Source: Gammaproteobacteria bacterium AqS3 (lineage in GTDB: Bacteria > Pseudomonadota > Gammaproteobacteria > MEIF01 > AqS3). From it: a stretch of DNA of 64,000 nt. A program made the position numbers and the translations under genes. The stretch lies in the NCBI GenBank assembly GCA_001750645.1, contig MEIF01000228.1, positions 79,322-143,321 of the forward strand, given 5' to 3'. The stretch's first letter is position 1; each line of letters begins with the position of its first letter. The notes below the pieces were generated by a model. The model saw only the letters and a program-made list of their open reading frames with translations, was not told where the DNA came from and did no database searches. Shown piece by piece: positions 41,695-51,649 of the stretch.

Positions 41695-42090
41695 CTAGGA
41701 CAGGGTGCCGTGCGGCAGCGCTGCAACCACAGCGCTGCGCTGCAGTTTGAATGAGCTCTCGCCGCTGGTCAGGGTGACGACGTTTTCGTCAACCTGCGTG
41801 ATGCGCCCGACGATGCCGCCCGAGGTCACCACTTCATCGCCCTCCTTGATCGAGCTGATCAGCTCGCGGTGCGCCTTGGCGCGCTTCTGCTGCGGGCGGA
41901 TGGTCAGAAAATACATCAGTGCAAAGATGCCCAGCAGCATCAGCAGAATCGGGTCGAAGAAGTTAAAGCCGCCGCCGGCTTCGGGAGAGCCGGCGCCGGA
42001 GGCTGCTGCCGGAGCGGCGCCCTCCTGCACCTGAATCAGCAGCGGGAAAATGGAGGGGGGCAAAAGATCGGATAGTGAGCTCAAGGTCAT
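41695..42090 (-). CDS. yajC: Preprotein translocase accessory subunit YajC
   Basis: FFDPILLMLLGIFALMYFLTIRPQQKR and GDEVVTSGGIVGRI. Order queA-tgt-yajC-secDF. Confidence 0.85.
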   Translation of the reverse strand: MTLSSLSDLLPPSIFPLLIQVQEGAAPAAASGAGSPEAGGGFNFFDPILLMLLGIFALMYFLTIRPQQKRAKAHRELISSIKEGDEVVTSGGIVGRITQVDENVVTLTSGESSFKLQRSAVVAALPHGTLS

Positions 42091-42094
42091 CGGA

Positions 42095-43204
42095 TCAACT
42101 CTCGGGCGGATTTTCGCAGCGCAAATTATAGAACTCGTCCCGAAAAGCCCCGAGCGCACCCGAGGCGATGGCGGAGCGCATCTGCCGCATCAGTTCGGCA
42201 TAGTAGTGCAGGTTGTGCAGACTGGCCAGCTGTGCTCCCAGCATTTCGCCGCAGCGGTGCAGGTGGTGCAGATAGGCGCAGCTGTGGTTCGCACAGCAGG
42301 GACAGGAGCACTCCGGATCGGGCGCAGCGGTCTCGGTGCGCCATCGGGCATTGCGCAGGTTGATCTCGCCCCGGCGGGTGTAGAGGCGGCCGTGCCGGCC
42401 CGCGCGCGTCGGCAGAACGCAGTCAAACAGATCCATTCCCAGATGCACCGCCTCAACCAGATCCTGAGGTCGTCCGACCCCCATCAGATAGCGCGGCTGG
42501 TCTTCGGGCAGCAGCGGTGCGGTGACGCGCAGCGTCTGGCGCATCTGCTCGGGGGGCTCCCCCACCGCCAGCCCGCCGATGGCGTAGCCGGCAAAGCCCA
42601 GGTCACGCAGTCCTGCGGCGGACTCGGCGCGCAATTCGGGGTGGTGACTTCCCTGGACAATGCCGAACAGCGCCGAGGTGTGGTCGCCGTGGGCATCCCG
42701 GCATCGTGCTGCCCAGTCCAGCGACAGCCGCATCGAGCGGGCCGCATCGTCGAACCCGGCCGGGTAGGCGGTGCAGTCGTCGAGCTGCATGATGATGTCG
42801 GCATCCAGATCGTGCTGCAGCTGGATGCACCTCTCCGGTGAGAGAAACACTTCGGAGCCGTCAATGGGCGAGCGGAAGCGGGCTCCGTCGGGCTCGATGC
42901 GCGCCCTCAGGCTGAACACCTGATAGCCGCCGGAGTCGGTCAGGATGTTGCCCCTCCAATTCATGAATCGGTGCAGCCCGCCGTGGGCGGCGACCACGTC
43001 GGCCCCCGGCCGCAGCATCAGGTGGTAGGTGTTGGCCAGAACGACCTCGGCCCCGGTTGCGGCCAGCTCATTCGAGGAGATGCCGCGCACGCTGGCGCGC
43101 GTTCCGACCGGCATGAAGGCGGGCGTTTGGATCGGACCCGCGCGCGCCTGCACCGCACCGGTGCGCGCCGCACCGTCCCGGGCCGTGCAGTCAAGTCTCA
43201 GCAC
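42095..43204 (-). CDS. tgt: Queuine tRNA-ribosyltransferase
   Basis: TPAFMPVGT, LGGLAVGE, and zinc site CxCxxC...H (CSCPCCANHSCAYLHHL). Confidence 0.92.
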   Translation of the reverse strand: MLRLDCTARDGAARTGAVQARAGPIQTPAFMPVGTRASVRGISSNELAATGAEVVLANTYHLMLRPGADVVAAHGGLHRFMNWRGNILTDSGGYQVFSLRARIEPDGARFRSPIDGSEVFLSPERCIQLQHDLDADIIMQLDDCTAYPAGFDDAARSMRLSLDWAARCRDAHGDHTSALFGIVQGSHHPELRAESAAGLRDLGFAGYAIGGLAVGEPPEQMRQTLRVTAPLLPEDQPRYLMGVGRPQDLVEAVHLGMDLFDCVLPTRAGRHGRLYTRRGEINLRNARWRTETAAPDPECSCPCCANHSCAYLHHLHRCGEMLGAQLASLHNLHYYAELMRQMRSAIASGALGAFRDEFYNLRCENPPES

Positions 43205-44276
43205 GGTACATCAGGGTGGCGTCGCCGTAGCTGTAAAACCTGTAGCCGGAGGCGGCGGCGGTTCGGTAGGCGCGCATCACCCGCTCGTGGCCGGCAAAGG
43301 CGCAGACCAGCATCAGCAGGCTCGATTCGGGCAGGTGAAAGTTGCTGATGAGGCCGTCCACCACGGCGAAGCGAAATCCCGAGCCGGGGTAGATGAACAG
43401 GTCGGTCTCGCCCGTCCAGGGCTTCAGGGCACCCCCGTGAACCAGCGAGCAGGCCTCCAGGGCTCGCACGCATGTGGTGCCGACGGCGATCACCCGCCCC
43501 CCGCCGCTGCGGGTGTCCTCGACCGCGCGGCACAGCGGACGGTCAATTTCGACCGACTCGCTGTGCAGATGGTGCGCACTCGGATGGGATGTCTTGACCG
43601 GCAGGAAGGTTCCGGCCCCGACGTGCAGCGTCAGTTCAGCGGTGCGCACGCCGCTCTCGGTGCGCAGGTGCTGCAGCAGCTTCTCGGTAAAGTGCAGGCC
43701 GGCGGTCGGCGCCGCCGCCGAGCGCTCCTGATCGGTTCGGGCGTAGACGGTCTGGTAGCGCTCCCGATCCTCGGGCCCGGCCTGACGGCGGATGTAGGGC
43801 GGCAGCGGCACCGTTCCCTGCTCGGACATCAGCGCCCGCCATGGCGTCTGGCTCCGCAGCAGGAAGAGCCGGCCATCGCGCGCGACGATCTCGGTGCGCT
43901 CATCGCCGAGTGCGATTTCAGTTCCGACTTTGGGCGTGCGCGAGGCGCCCAGCTGCACCCAGGCTTCGCGCGGTTCGCCGGTGACACGCTCAACCAGAAT
44001 CTCCACACTGCCGCCGGTTGTCTTGCGACCGAAGAGCCTCGCCGGCATCACGCGGGTATTGTTGAGCACCAGCAGATCGCCGGCGCGCAGCAGTTTGGTC
44101 AGGTCGTCAAAGCGACGGTGCTCGTCACCGGCCGGGCCCAGATGCAGCAGCCGGCTGTCGCCGCGCTCGCAGCTGGGGCGCTCGGCGATCAAGCGCTGCG
44201 GCAGTTCATAGCGGTAGCAGGCGGTGTCCAAAAGCGGCGGCGACCCCATCAGGGCGTAGCGGTTCAAGCGTATCAC
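43191..44276 (-). CDS. queA: S-adenosylmethionine:tRNA ribosyltransferase-isomerase QueA (start uncertain, 44276 or 44249)
   Basis: YRYELPQRLIAERP N-terminus, LLVLNNTRVMPARLFG, full-length colinearity. Confidence 0.9.
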   Translation of the reverse strand: MIRLNRYALMGSPPLLDTACYRYELPQRLIAERPSCERGDSRLLHLGPAGDEHRRFDDLTKLLRAGDLLVLNNTRVMPARLFGRKTTGGSVEILVERVTGEPREAWVQLGASRTPKVGTEIALGDERTEIVARDGRLFLLRSQTPWRALMSEQGTVPLPPYIRRQAGPEDRERYQTVYARTDQERSAAAPTAGLHFTEKLLQHLRTESGVRTAELTLHVGAGTFLPVKTSHPSAHHLHSESVEIDRPLCRAVEDTRSGGGRVIAVGTTCVRALEACSLVHGGALKPWTGETDLFIYPGSGFRFAVVDGLISNFHLPESSLLMLVCAFAGHERVMRAYRTAAASGYRFYSYGDATLMYRAET

Positions 44277-44307
44277 CTGTCGGTGTACAATCCGCGCCGT
44301 TAAATGA

Positions 44308-44337
44308 TTGACAAACGCTTGGCTGCGGGTCTATAAA
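44308..44337 (+). promoter_or_regulatory. Near-consensus sigma70 promoter for hupB (TTGACA-18-TATAAA)
   Basis: ttgaca at 44308-44313 and tataaa at 44332-44337. AAGGAGGG RBS at 44373-44380. Confidence 0.5.
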
Positions 44338-44387
44338 TGCAGGCAGGACGAGGCAATCGTCATCCGTTTTCAAAGGAGGGAAACAAA

Positions 44388-44660
44388 TTGAATAAATCTG
44401 AACTGATTGAGTCCATTGCAGACCAGGCTAATCTCAGCAAAGCTGATGCGGGTCGTGCACTTGATGCCTTCATCGATTCCGTGGGTGGGTCGCTGGGCAA
44501 CGGTGATACGGTTTCGATTCCTGGTTTTGGCACTTTCGCCGTGCGTCAAAACAAGCAAAGAGAGGGGCGCAACCCGCAGACCGGCGAAAAGATCACCATC
44601 AAGGCTTCGAAGTCCGCCACTTTCAAGGCGGGCAAGGGCCTGAAAGATCGGCTCAAGTAA
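44388..44660 (+). CDS. hupB: DNA-binding protein HU (TTG start)
   Basis: [11 protein letters not shown]...GFGTF...RNPQTG. Exactly 90 aa from TTG 44388, preceded by AAGGAGGG. The ORF track's 17 extra codons were rejected. Confidence 0.9.
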   Translation: MNKSELIESIADQANLSKADAGRALDAFIDSVGGSLGNGDTVSIPGFGTFAVRQNKQREGRNPQTGEKITIKASKSATFKAGKGLKDRLK

Positions 44661-44684
44661 GTCCGACTTTTCACATTCATGCAG

Positions 44685-44724
44685 CCTGTCTGCCTTGTTA
44701 TCTGAGGCAGACAGGTTTTTTATT
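44685..44724 (+). terminator. Rho-independent terminator of hupB
   Basis: Stem cctgtctgcc / ggcagacagg with 11-nt loop, followed by ttttttatt. Confidence 0.65.
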
Positions 44725-44768
44725 GGGGACGGAATGCTCCGTCCCATAACGGGTCTGAGGAAGACACA

Positions 44769-46691
44769 GTGCTGCAGCGGATAAGAAGCAAATTCAAGGG
44801 GGTCACGGCAGCGGTGGTGCTCGGCTTTATCGCCGTTCCCTTCGTCCTGTTCTTCGGCGCCGAGTCCTATTTCTTCGGCGACGACCCCAATCTCATCGCC
44901 CAGGTTGACGGCGAGGCCGTCACCAGTTTTGACCTCGACGCCGAGGCCAATAGCCTGCGTCTGGAGCTTGCAGAGTCAGAGGAAGAGCAGGATGTCGATG
45001 AAAACACGCTGCGGGAGGACGCGCTGCGCTCGCTGCTGCTGCGCATCATTGAGCGTCAGAATCTGGACGGCGCCGGCCTGCGCGTGACCGACCGCATCGT
45101 TGCGCGCTACATCGCCGGCCAGAGCGAGTTCAAGGACGAGACGGGGCGCTTCTCATCGGAGCTTTACAACCGCGCGCTGCTGAACAGCGGGCGCAGCGAC
45201 CCTGAATTCCGCTCCGTGCTCGGCAGCGGCCTGCGGCAGCTGCAGGTTTCCGCAGCCTATCTGCACGGGGCCGGGCTGCCCCCGGATCAGCTCGAGCGGC
45301 TGGCGCGGATTGCCGGCGAGCAGCGCAGCTTTCGCTACATCCCGCTCTATGCGGAGGAGCTGTCAGCCGATTACAAACCCACCCCGGAGGAGCAGAAGGC
45401 CCATTACGAGGCCGACCCCGAGCGCTATACGGCGCCCGAAGAGCGCGTGCTGCGCTACATCGATCTGAACTACCGCACCCTCGCCAGCCAGGTGCCGTTC
45501 GAGGAAGATCAGCTGCGCGATGCCTATGAGCGCCGCGTCGATCAGGCGCGCTCTGAGGCGCGGGTGCGGGCGTCGGCCATTGTGCTGCTCTACGGCTCCG
45601 GCCCCGATGCCCCGCGCAGCGCCGAGGCCGCCGCCGAGCTGGCCGACGAACTGAAGGCCAAGCTTGAGGAGGGAGCGGACTTCGCCGAGCTGGCGCGCGA
45701 GCATTCCGATGACGACTCCACCGCCGAGGAGGGCGGCGACCTGGGCTGGTCCGACGAGGGCGGCTACACCCGCTCTTTTCTGAACGCACTGCAGGATCTC
45801 AAACCCGGCGAGCTGGGCAGCGTCGACACCAGCGATGCCCAGGTTCTGCTGCGCCTGGAGGAGCGCGAGTCTGAAGAGGTGGGCAGCTATGAAGAGGAAT
45901 TGCCCCGCATTCGCCAGCGCCTGGTCGAGGCCGAGGGGCGGCGCATGTTTGACGAACAGTACGAGATCCTCCAGGACCTGGCCTTTGAGTCCGACAGCTT
46001 CACGGAGATTGCCGGCGGCGTGGGGCTGGCGGTGATCACGAGCGATCCCATCACCGAGGAGAGCAGCACGGAATTGGCCGCCCTGTCCGGCGTGGTGGAG
46101 ACCACCTTCGCACTTGAGCAGGGCGAGATGAGCCGGCTGCTGGAAGTTGAGGAGGGCCGCGTGCTGCTGCTTGAGCTGGCCGAGATCACCGAGGAGCGCC
46201 CGATGAGCGAGGAGGAGGCCCGCGATCAAATCATTGAGGATCTGACCACGGCATTTGCGGAAGCCGAGCGCGACCGCACCATTGAAAGCATCCGCGAGCT
46301 GCTGGTTGACGAGGGCCTGTCATTCACCGCCGCTGTCGCCCGTCTCGGATTGACCTGGGAGTCGATCGACGATGTCGACCGCTTTCGGCTGAGTGATCCC
46401 GCACTGGCCGAGGCGGTATTCGGTCTTGAGGCTCCCGAACCCGATGCGCCCGCCTATGACAGTGTCGTGATGGCCGATGGCAGCGCTCTGGTGTTTGAGC
46501 TGACATCGGTCAAGGTGCCGGAGATTGAGGACACCGACGATTCAGAGATCCTGGCGCTGATCGAGAGCGGTCGGGCGCGCTATGCGCAGGCCTACTATGA
46601 AATGCGCACGCGCCTGCTGATGTCCGACGCCGAGGAGGATATTCAGTGGTTCAATCAGGGGCGCCCGGCGGCCCCGAGCCAGCAGCAATGA
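44769..46691 (+). CDS. ppiD: Periplasmic chaperone PpiD (parvulin-like PPIase domain protein)
   Basis: N-terminal TM anchor (VVLGFIAVPFVLFFGA). hupB-ppiD synteny. ~640 aa. Confidence 0.8.
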   Translation: MLQRIRSKFKGVTAAVVLGFIAVPFVLFFGAESYFFGDDPNLIAQVDGEAVTSFDLDAEANSLRLELAESEEEQDVDENTLREDALRSLLLRIIERQNLDGAGLRVTDRIVARYIAGQSEFKDETGRFSSELYNRALLNSGRSDPEFRSVLGSGLRQLQVSAAYLHGAGLPPDQLERLARIAGEQRSFRYIPLYAEELSADYKPTPEEQKAHYEADPERYTAPEERVLRYIDLNYRTLASQVPFEEDQLRDAYERRVDQARSEARVRASAIVLLYGSGPDAPRSAEAAAELADELKAKLEEGADFAELAREHSDDDSTAEEGGDLGWSDEGGYTRSFLNALQDLKPGELGSVDTSDAQVLLRLEERESEEVGSYEEELPRIRQRLVEAEGRRMFDEQYEILQDLAFESDSFTEIAGGVGLAVITSDPITEESSTELAALSGVVETTFALEQGEMSRLLEVEEGRVLLLELAEITEERPMSEEEARDQIIEDLTTAFAEAERDRTIESIRELLVDEGLSFTAAVARLGLTWESIDDVDRFRLSDPALAEAVFGLEAPEPDAPAYDSVVMADGSALVFELTSVKVPEIEDTDDSEILALIESGRARYAQAYYEMRTRLLMSDAEEDIQWFNQGRPAAPSQQQ

Positions 46692-46912
46692 GTCGCCCTG
46701 ATTCTGAGCAAAATTCTGAGGAGACCAAGGGGCTCACCGTGCTTCAGGTCGTCATGTCGGTGCTGAGCGCATTTTTTGGCGTGCAGTCGGAGAGCAACCG
46801 CCGGCGCGACTTTGAGCACGGCAAACCGCTCCATTTCATCATCGCAGGGCTGATTCTTGCGGCGGCATTTGTAGGTGCAATCGCCTTGGTTGTGGTCCTG
46901 ATCACACCGTGA
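46688..46912 (+). CDS. Small membrane protein, DUF2970-like
   Basis: VLSAFFGVQS...RRRDFEHGKPLHFIIAGLILAAAF. ATG overlaps the ppiD stop. Confidence 0.45.
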   Translation: MSRPDSEQNSEETKGLTVLQVVMSVLSAFFGVQSESNRRRDFEHGKPLHFIIAGLILAAAFVGAIALVVVLITP

Positions 46913-47129
46913 AGTGCAGCGAGCCGCTGCCGACATGATTGACAGCAATCACGCCATCCCTTACCCTGAGCCGCTTTTTAAGCGGCTCGGGCAAGTGTGG
47001 TTTGATCTGAGTCTAATTAGTAGCTAGCTTGCTCTTGTCCAGTAGGCTTTCCGTGATCTGTGATCCATTAAAAAACCCGTTTGATCTGGGTGGCTGCTGG
47101 CTATGTCTACTTAAAGGAGGCAGTTGGGT

Positions 47130-48290
47130 ATGGGGTTGAACTGGGGCAATGACGATCAAAGCAATCAACGGGCAGTAGCACCGCCGCCCCCTGAACGAAG
47201 TCAAGCCAACCCCGTACTCGAGCAGCAGCAGACCCTGCTCGATCAGCTGCCCCAGACCGACAGCAGTCGGGTTCGGGTCGACGACAAGCGCATGATCAAC
47301 TGCCGGGCCGACCTCAATCAGCTGGTTCCGTTCAAGTACAAGTGGGCTTGGGAGAAATACCTGGCCGCCTGCCGCAACAACTGGTCCCCGCAGGAAGTCA
47401 ACATGCAGGACGACATCCGAGAGTGGAACACGCCCGGGGCGCTGACCGATGATGAGCGCCGCATCGTCAAGCGCAGCCTGGGGTTCTTCTCCACGGCTGA
47501 TTCGCTGGTCGCCAACAACCTCGTGCTGGCGGTCTATCGCCTGATCACCAACCCCGAGTGTCGCCAGTATCTGCTGCGCCAGGCCTTCGAGGAGGCCATG
47601 CACACCGAGGCCTACCAGTACTGCATCGAAAGCCTGAGCATGGACGAGGGCGAAATCTTCAACATGTACCACGAGGTCTCCTCGGTCGCCGCCAAGGCCG
47701 AGTGGGCGATTCGCTACACCCGGGCGATCAGCGACCCCAATTTCGCCACCGGAACGGTTGAAAAAGACCGCGAATTTCTCAAGAACCTGATCGCCTATTA
47801 CTGCGTCACCGAGGGCATGTTCTTCTACTGCGGCTTCACGCAGGTTCTCTCAATGGGTCGGCGCGGGCGGCTGAAGGGGATCACCGAGCAGTTTCGCTAC
47901 ATCATGCGCGATGAGTCGATGCACGTCGATTTCGGGGTTGCGGTGATCAACACCATCGTCCGCGAGAACCCGCAGTTGTGGGACGATGAGATGCGCCGTG
48001 CCAGCCGCGAGATGATCCGCGAGGGCACCGAGCTGGAGATTGCCTACGCACACGACACCATGCCCCAGCCGATTCTCGGCTTCAGCGCCGACTCGATGGC
48101 GCAGTACCTGCGCTACATCGCCGACCGCCGCTGTGAAAAGATCGGTCTTGAGCCGCTTTACTCCGGCAGGGTCGAAAATCCTTTTCCCTGGATGTCCGAG
48201 ATGATTGACCTGCGCAAGGAAGCCAACTTCTTCGAGCGCCAGGTGACCGACTACAAGGCCAACGCCGGGCTCAGCTGGTCGGAGGGCTAG
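47130..48290 (+). CDS. nrdB: Class Ia ribonucleotide reductase beta subunit
   Basis: Ferritin-like diiron ligands (EAMHTEAY, E...H). AAAGGAGG RBS 9 nt before ATG 47130. Confidence 0.9.
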   Translation: MGLNWGNDDQSNQRAVAPPPPERSQANPVLEQQQTLLDQLPQTDSSRVRVDDKRMINCRADLNQLVPFKYKWAWEKYLAACRNNWSPQEVNMQDDIREWNTPGALTDDERRIVKRSLGFFSTADSLVANNLVLAVYRLITNPECRQYLLRQAFEEAMHTEAYQYCIESLSMDEGEIFNMYHEVSSVAAKAEWAIRYTRAISDPNFATGTVEKDREFLKNLIAYYCVTEGMFFYCGFTQVLSMGRRGRLKGITEQFRYIMRDESMHVDFGVAVINTIVRENPQLWDDEMRRASREMIREGTELEIAYAHDTMPQPILGFSADSMAQYLRYIADRRCEKIGLEPLYSGRVENPFPWMSEMIDLRKEANFFERQVTDYKANAGLSWSEG

Positions 48291-48312
48291 GCCGCCTGCG
48301 GCTGCGGATTCT

Positions 48313-49704
48313 GTGCAGGACGCTCGACCCACACAGCAGCCGCTCAGCGTCAGTGCATTGAACCAGGGAGTCCGTCGGTTGCTGGAGCAGAACTACGGAT
48401 TTGTCAATGTCGCCGGTGAGATCTCCAACCTGCGCAGCTATCCCTCCGGACACTGGTACTTCACGCTCAAGGACGAGCGCGCCGAGGTCTCGTGCGTGAT
48501 GTTTCGCGGCCAGAATCAGCGCATTGCGCGCAGGCCGGAGAACGGTGACAGCATCCGCCTCGAGGGTCGATTGAGCCTCTACGAGGCCCGCGGAACCTAC
48601 CAGATCATCGTCTCCTCGATGCACGCCATGGGCGAGGGTGCGCTGATGCTGGCCTACGAGCGGCTCAAGCGCCGGCTGCATCAGGAGGGGCTGTTTGACG
48701 AGGGCCGCAAAGTTCCCATACCGACCGCACCCGGTCGGGTCGCGCTGGTCACTTCGCTGCGGGGCGCTGCGCTGCAGGACATGCTGACCCTGCTCAGGAG
48801 ACGCTCCCCGCAGACCGAGGTCATCGTTGTCGGCAGCGCCGTTCAGGGTGATGCGGCTCCGGGCGAGCTGGTTGAGGCGCTGGAGCGGATTCAGCGAACC
48901 GATCTGGAATTCGACTGCATCGTCATCGGTCGGGGCGGCGGATCGATCGAAGATCTGTGGGCCTTCAACGATGAGCGCCTCGCGCGCACCATTGCCGACT
49001 GCACCATTCCGACGGTCAGCGCCGTCGGGCATGAGACCGATTTCACCATCGCCGACTTCGTCGCTGACGCCCGTGCCCCGACCCCCTCGGCCGCGATCGA
49101 GATGATCACCGCCGACTCGGTGCTCTACCCCCAGCTGTTAAATTACATCGGCGCCCGTCTGCCGCAGCTGATGCAGCAGCATCTGGTGCGGGCGAGGCGC
49201 TCGCTGGAGCGTCAGCGTCTGCGCCCCCCGACGCGGCTGCTGCAGCACCACGCCCAGCGGCTGGACGATGTCGAGCGGCGCATGCACGCCGCCATCGGAA
49301 AACAGCTGCACCGCCAGCGCAGCCGGCTGCAGTGGATGCACGGGCGCATGCGCCACCCCGGCATGGCGCTGCGACTGGTGCGGCAGCGGCTTGACATCCT
49401 GAGGCACCGGCTGCGGAACAACTCGCTGGCGGGGCATCTTCAGCGCCGGCGCCGGGAGCTCGAGGAAGCGCCCGCCCGCATGGCGGCTGGAGCCGGTCGG
49501 CGGCTGCGCACATTCAGGGCGGGTCTGGATGCCGCCTCGGCCCGCCTTGAGGCCGTCAGCCCCCAGGCGGTGCTGAAACGCGGCTATGCCCTGGTGTGGC
49601 GGGACGGAGAACTGATCCGCATGCAGGCCGATGTCAAACCGGACGACATCCTGCAGATCCAATGGGCTGACGGTGAGCGCCCGGTGCGCGCAGAGGATTC
49701 ATGA
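48313..49704 (+). CDS. xseA: Exodeoxyribonuclease VII large subunit
   Basis: OB-fold N-terminus (VAGEISNLRSYPSGHWYFTLKD), catalytic core (RGGGSIEDLWAFN), long C-terminal coiled coil. Confidence 0.9.
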   Translation: MQDARPTQQPLSVSALNQGVRRLLEQNYGFVNVAGEISNLRSYPSGHWYFTLKDERAEVSCVMFRGQNQRIARRPENGDSIRLEGRLSLYEARGTYQIIVSSMHAMGEGALMLAYERLKRRLHQEGLFDEGRKVPIPTAPGRVALVTSLRGAALQDMLTLLRRRSPQTEVIVVGSAVQGDAAPGELVEALERIQRTDLEFDCIVIGRGGGSIEDLWAFNDERLARTIADCTIPTVSAVGHETDFTIADFVADARAPTPSAAIEMITADSVLYPQLLNYIGARLPQLMQQHLVRARRSLERQRLRPPTRLLQHHAQRLDDVERRMHAAIGKQLHRQRSRLQWMHGRMRHPGMALRLVRQRLDILRHRLRNNSLAGHLQRRRRELEEAPARMAAGAGRRLRTFRAGLDAASARLEAVSPQAVLKRGYALVWRDGELIRMQADVKPDDILQIQWADGERPVRAEDS

Positions 49705-50552
49705 GCTCGACTGTGCGGTGCCAGGCTGCTCTGTTGGTGCTGCTGATCTGCACCGCAGCGGCGGCGCCTGCCGCCAGAGCGGAGCCGGCCAGCCTGCCGA
49801 GTGAGGCGCGCATTCCCGGCGGCATCGCCCTGATCGAACTGCCCAGCAGGCGCATCGCCCGCCGGGCGACCTTTCAGGATCGCCCGGTGCTCGCCGTCGG
49901 CCGCACCGCCGTGGTCGCGATCCCGCTGAACACCGCCCCTGGCGACTACGCCCTCAAAAGCGGCAAGCGCGAGTATCGGTTCAGCGTGTCCGAGCATGTC
50001 TACCCCGAATCGCGCATTACCTTGCAGGGTGAAAAGCGCGAAATGGTCGACGTCCCCGAGGAGCGCCTGGTGCGCATTCGCTCCGATCATCGCGCCATTC
50101 GCGGGGCTTATGCCACCCGGGACGAGAATGTTCCGCTGCTGCGCCTGAACCTGCCGGCCGAGGGGCCCTGGTCATCGCGCTACGGCCTCAAGCGCTTCTT
50201 CAACGGCAAGCAGCGCAGCCCGCACACCGGCCTGGACATCGCCGCCCCCACCGGGACCCCCGTCTACGCCGCCGCCGCCGGCGAGGTTGTCGCCAGCGAT
50301 GACTACTACTTCAACGGCCACACCGTCATCGTCCACCACGGCGGCGGACTGGTCACGCTGTACTGCCACCTCAGCGAGCGGCTGGTTGAGGCCGGTGCGA
50401 CAGTTGAGGCCGGCCAGCTGATCGGCAGAGTCGGCTCCAGCGGCCGGGCCTCAGGTGCGCATCTGCACTGGAGCGTCAGCCTCAGCAACGTCCGCGTCGA
50501 CCCCGAGCTGTTTGTGGATCCCGAGGTTCGAGCGGCACAGTCTGCGGATTAG
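49701..50552 (+). CDS. M23-family peptidase (LytM/NlpD-like), secreted
   Basis: Signal peptide. M23 motifs HTGLDIAAPTGTPVYAAAAG and HLHW. Confidence 0.75.
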   Translation: MSSTVRCQAALLVLLICTAAAAPAARAEPASLPSEARIPGGIALIELPSRRIARRATFQDRPVLAVGRTAVVAIPLNTAPGDYALKSGKREYRFSVSEHVYPESRITLQGEKREMVDVPEERLVRIRSDHRAIRGAYATRDENVPLLRLNLPAEGPWSSRYGLKRFFNGKQRSPHTGLDIAAPTGTPVYAAAAGEVVASDDYYFNGHTVIVHHGGGLVTLYCHLSERLVEAGATVEAGQLIGRVGSSGRASGAHLHWSVSLSNVRVDPELFVDPEVRAAQSAD

Positions 50553-50690
50553 CGAATGGCGGTATGCGGCTGAAGTTTGATGGGTGCGGACTTGAAATGT
50601 TGAAAGGGCATACCATATAAGGCCCAGATGAGTTGGTCGGGGCCTGGGCTTGTTCAGGTTCCGCAGTTTTGAATCATGGAGGACGCTGTT

Positions 50691-51257
50691 ATGTCTGATG
50701 ACGGTACCAAGGGCAAATTTACTGCCCGCATTAAATGTGATGATCGCGAATGCCGCGTGGCGTGCGACACACAAAACCCCGCTGTTCGAGAAATTTTGGA
50801 TAAAGCCGCAGAGAGTGACCTTCTGCGGCCGTCGGACAATATCGACGACTTTGAGCTGGTGGACGAGCAGAATGGCAGACAGATTGACGGCGATGAAGTT
50901 GACATAGCTGAAAATCCCAATTTGGTTCTTCGGCCCAAAAAGCCTGAGCTGCCGGATTCAGAAAAACCGGAAGAGACAGACAAATCGAAGCCGCCCGCCC
51001 CTCCCGTCCCGCCCTTCCAAGGGCCTTACAAATTTCAAGTCAACGGCCAGGAAATGGAAAGCGATCAGGAAAAATTGAAGGCATCGGAGATTATCCGGCT
51101 GGCTCAGGACAGGGGCTTTGCCAGTTCGGGCAAGCCGGAAGAATTCGTCCTGCAGGTGTCGGGCGAGGATAAGGAATTCAAATACGATGAAACTGTCGAT
51201 TTAAGCCGGGATAATGCTTTTCTGATCATTCCGAGAAAGCCCACCCCTGTTGCATAG
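50691..51257 (+). CDS. Tandem beta-grasp (ubiquitin-like) protein: two ~75-aa Ubl-like modules joined by a K/P/E-rich linker; no C-terminal Gly-Gly
   Basis: GGAGG RBS 8 nt before ATG 50691. Secondary-structure-like periodicity of two beta-grasp modules (KFTARIKCDD...LVLRP and YKFQVNGQEM...FLIIPRK). First gene of a coupled E2 / JAB-E1 cassette. Fold assignment is an inference. Confidence 0.4.
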   Translation: MSDDGTKGKFTARIKCDDRECRVACDTQNPAVREILDKAAESDLLRPSDNIDDFELVDEQNGRQIDGDEVDIAENPNLVLRPKKPELPDSEKPEETDKSKPPAPPVPPFQGPYKFQVNGQEMESDQEKLKASEIIRLAQDRGFASSGKPEEFVLQVSGEDKEFKYDETVDLSRDNAFLIIPRKPTPVA

Positions 51258-51649
51258 TGATGGACGAGTGCCTGGAGCGAATCTTTGAGGAACTGAAGGG
51301 TCTGGGCTATGACCCTTATTACGCGGACTGGCCGCAGGGGAAAAAGGTGGTCATCAAATACAGGATTCTCACGGGCAAATACGCCAATCAAACGGTCTTG
51401 CTGGGGGTCTCAAACCCGGATGGCCCCTATCCTGAATACCCTCCGCATTGGATTCACATTAGCCCGCTGCACGACGATGGATTGGGAGGGCCAGTAGAAA
51501 TCTATTCAAGTGAAAATGAAAAGGGGCAGACCTGTGAATGGGGCGCATTGAGCCGCCCTCCTCGCGATATTTGGGATCAGCTGCCGGAAAAAAGCATGAA
51601 GTCATTTCTTAATGAACATGTTGGCCGCTTTTGCAAAGCCCTGAAGTGA
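51257..51649 (+). CDS. Prokaryotic E2 (UBC-like) conjugating enzyme candidate
   Basis: 130 aa. HPN-like segment YPPHWIHISP followed by a conserved Cys (GQTCEWG). Start overlaps the upstream stop. Overlaps the downstream E1 gene by 19 nt. Confidence 0.5.
   Translation: MMDECLERIFEELKGLGYDPYYADWPQGKKVVIKYRILTGKYANQTVLLGVSNPDGPYPEYPPHWIHISPLHDDGLGGPVEIYSSENEKGQTCEWGALSRPPRDIWDQLPEKSMKSFLNEHVGRFCKALK

Noticed and set aside
43029-44303. 424-aa plus-strand ORF
   Set aside because: Antisense to queA/tgt.
45363-46229. 288-aa minus-strand ORF
   Set aside because: Antisense to ppiD.
46968-46989. GC-rich hairpin gagccgc-ttttta-agcggctc upstream of nrdB
   Set aside because: No downstream U-tract, so not a clear intrinsic terminator. 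Possibly a regulatory stem, left uncalled.
47013-47672. 219-aa minus-strand ORF upstream of and overlapping nrdB
   Set aside because: Antisense to the nrdB 5' region. nrdB has a perfect RBS and diiron motifs.
48271-49032. 253-aa minus-strand ORF
   Set aside because: Antisense to xseA.
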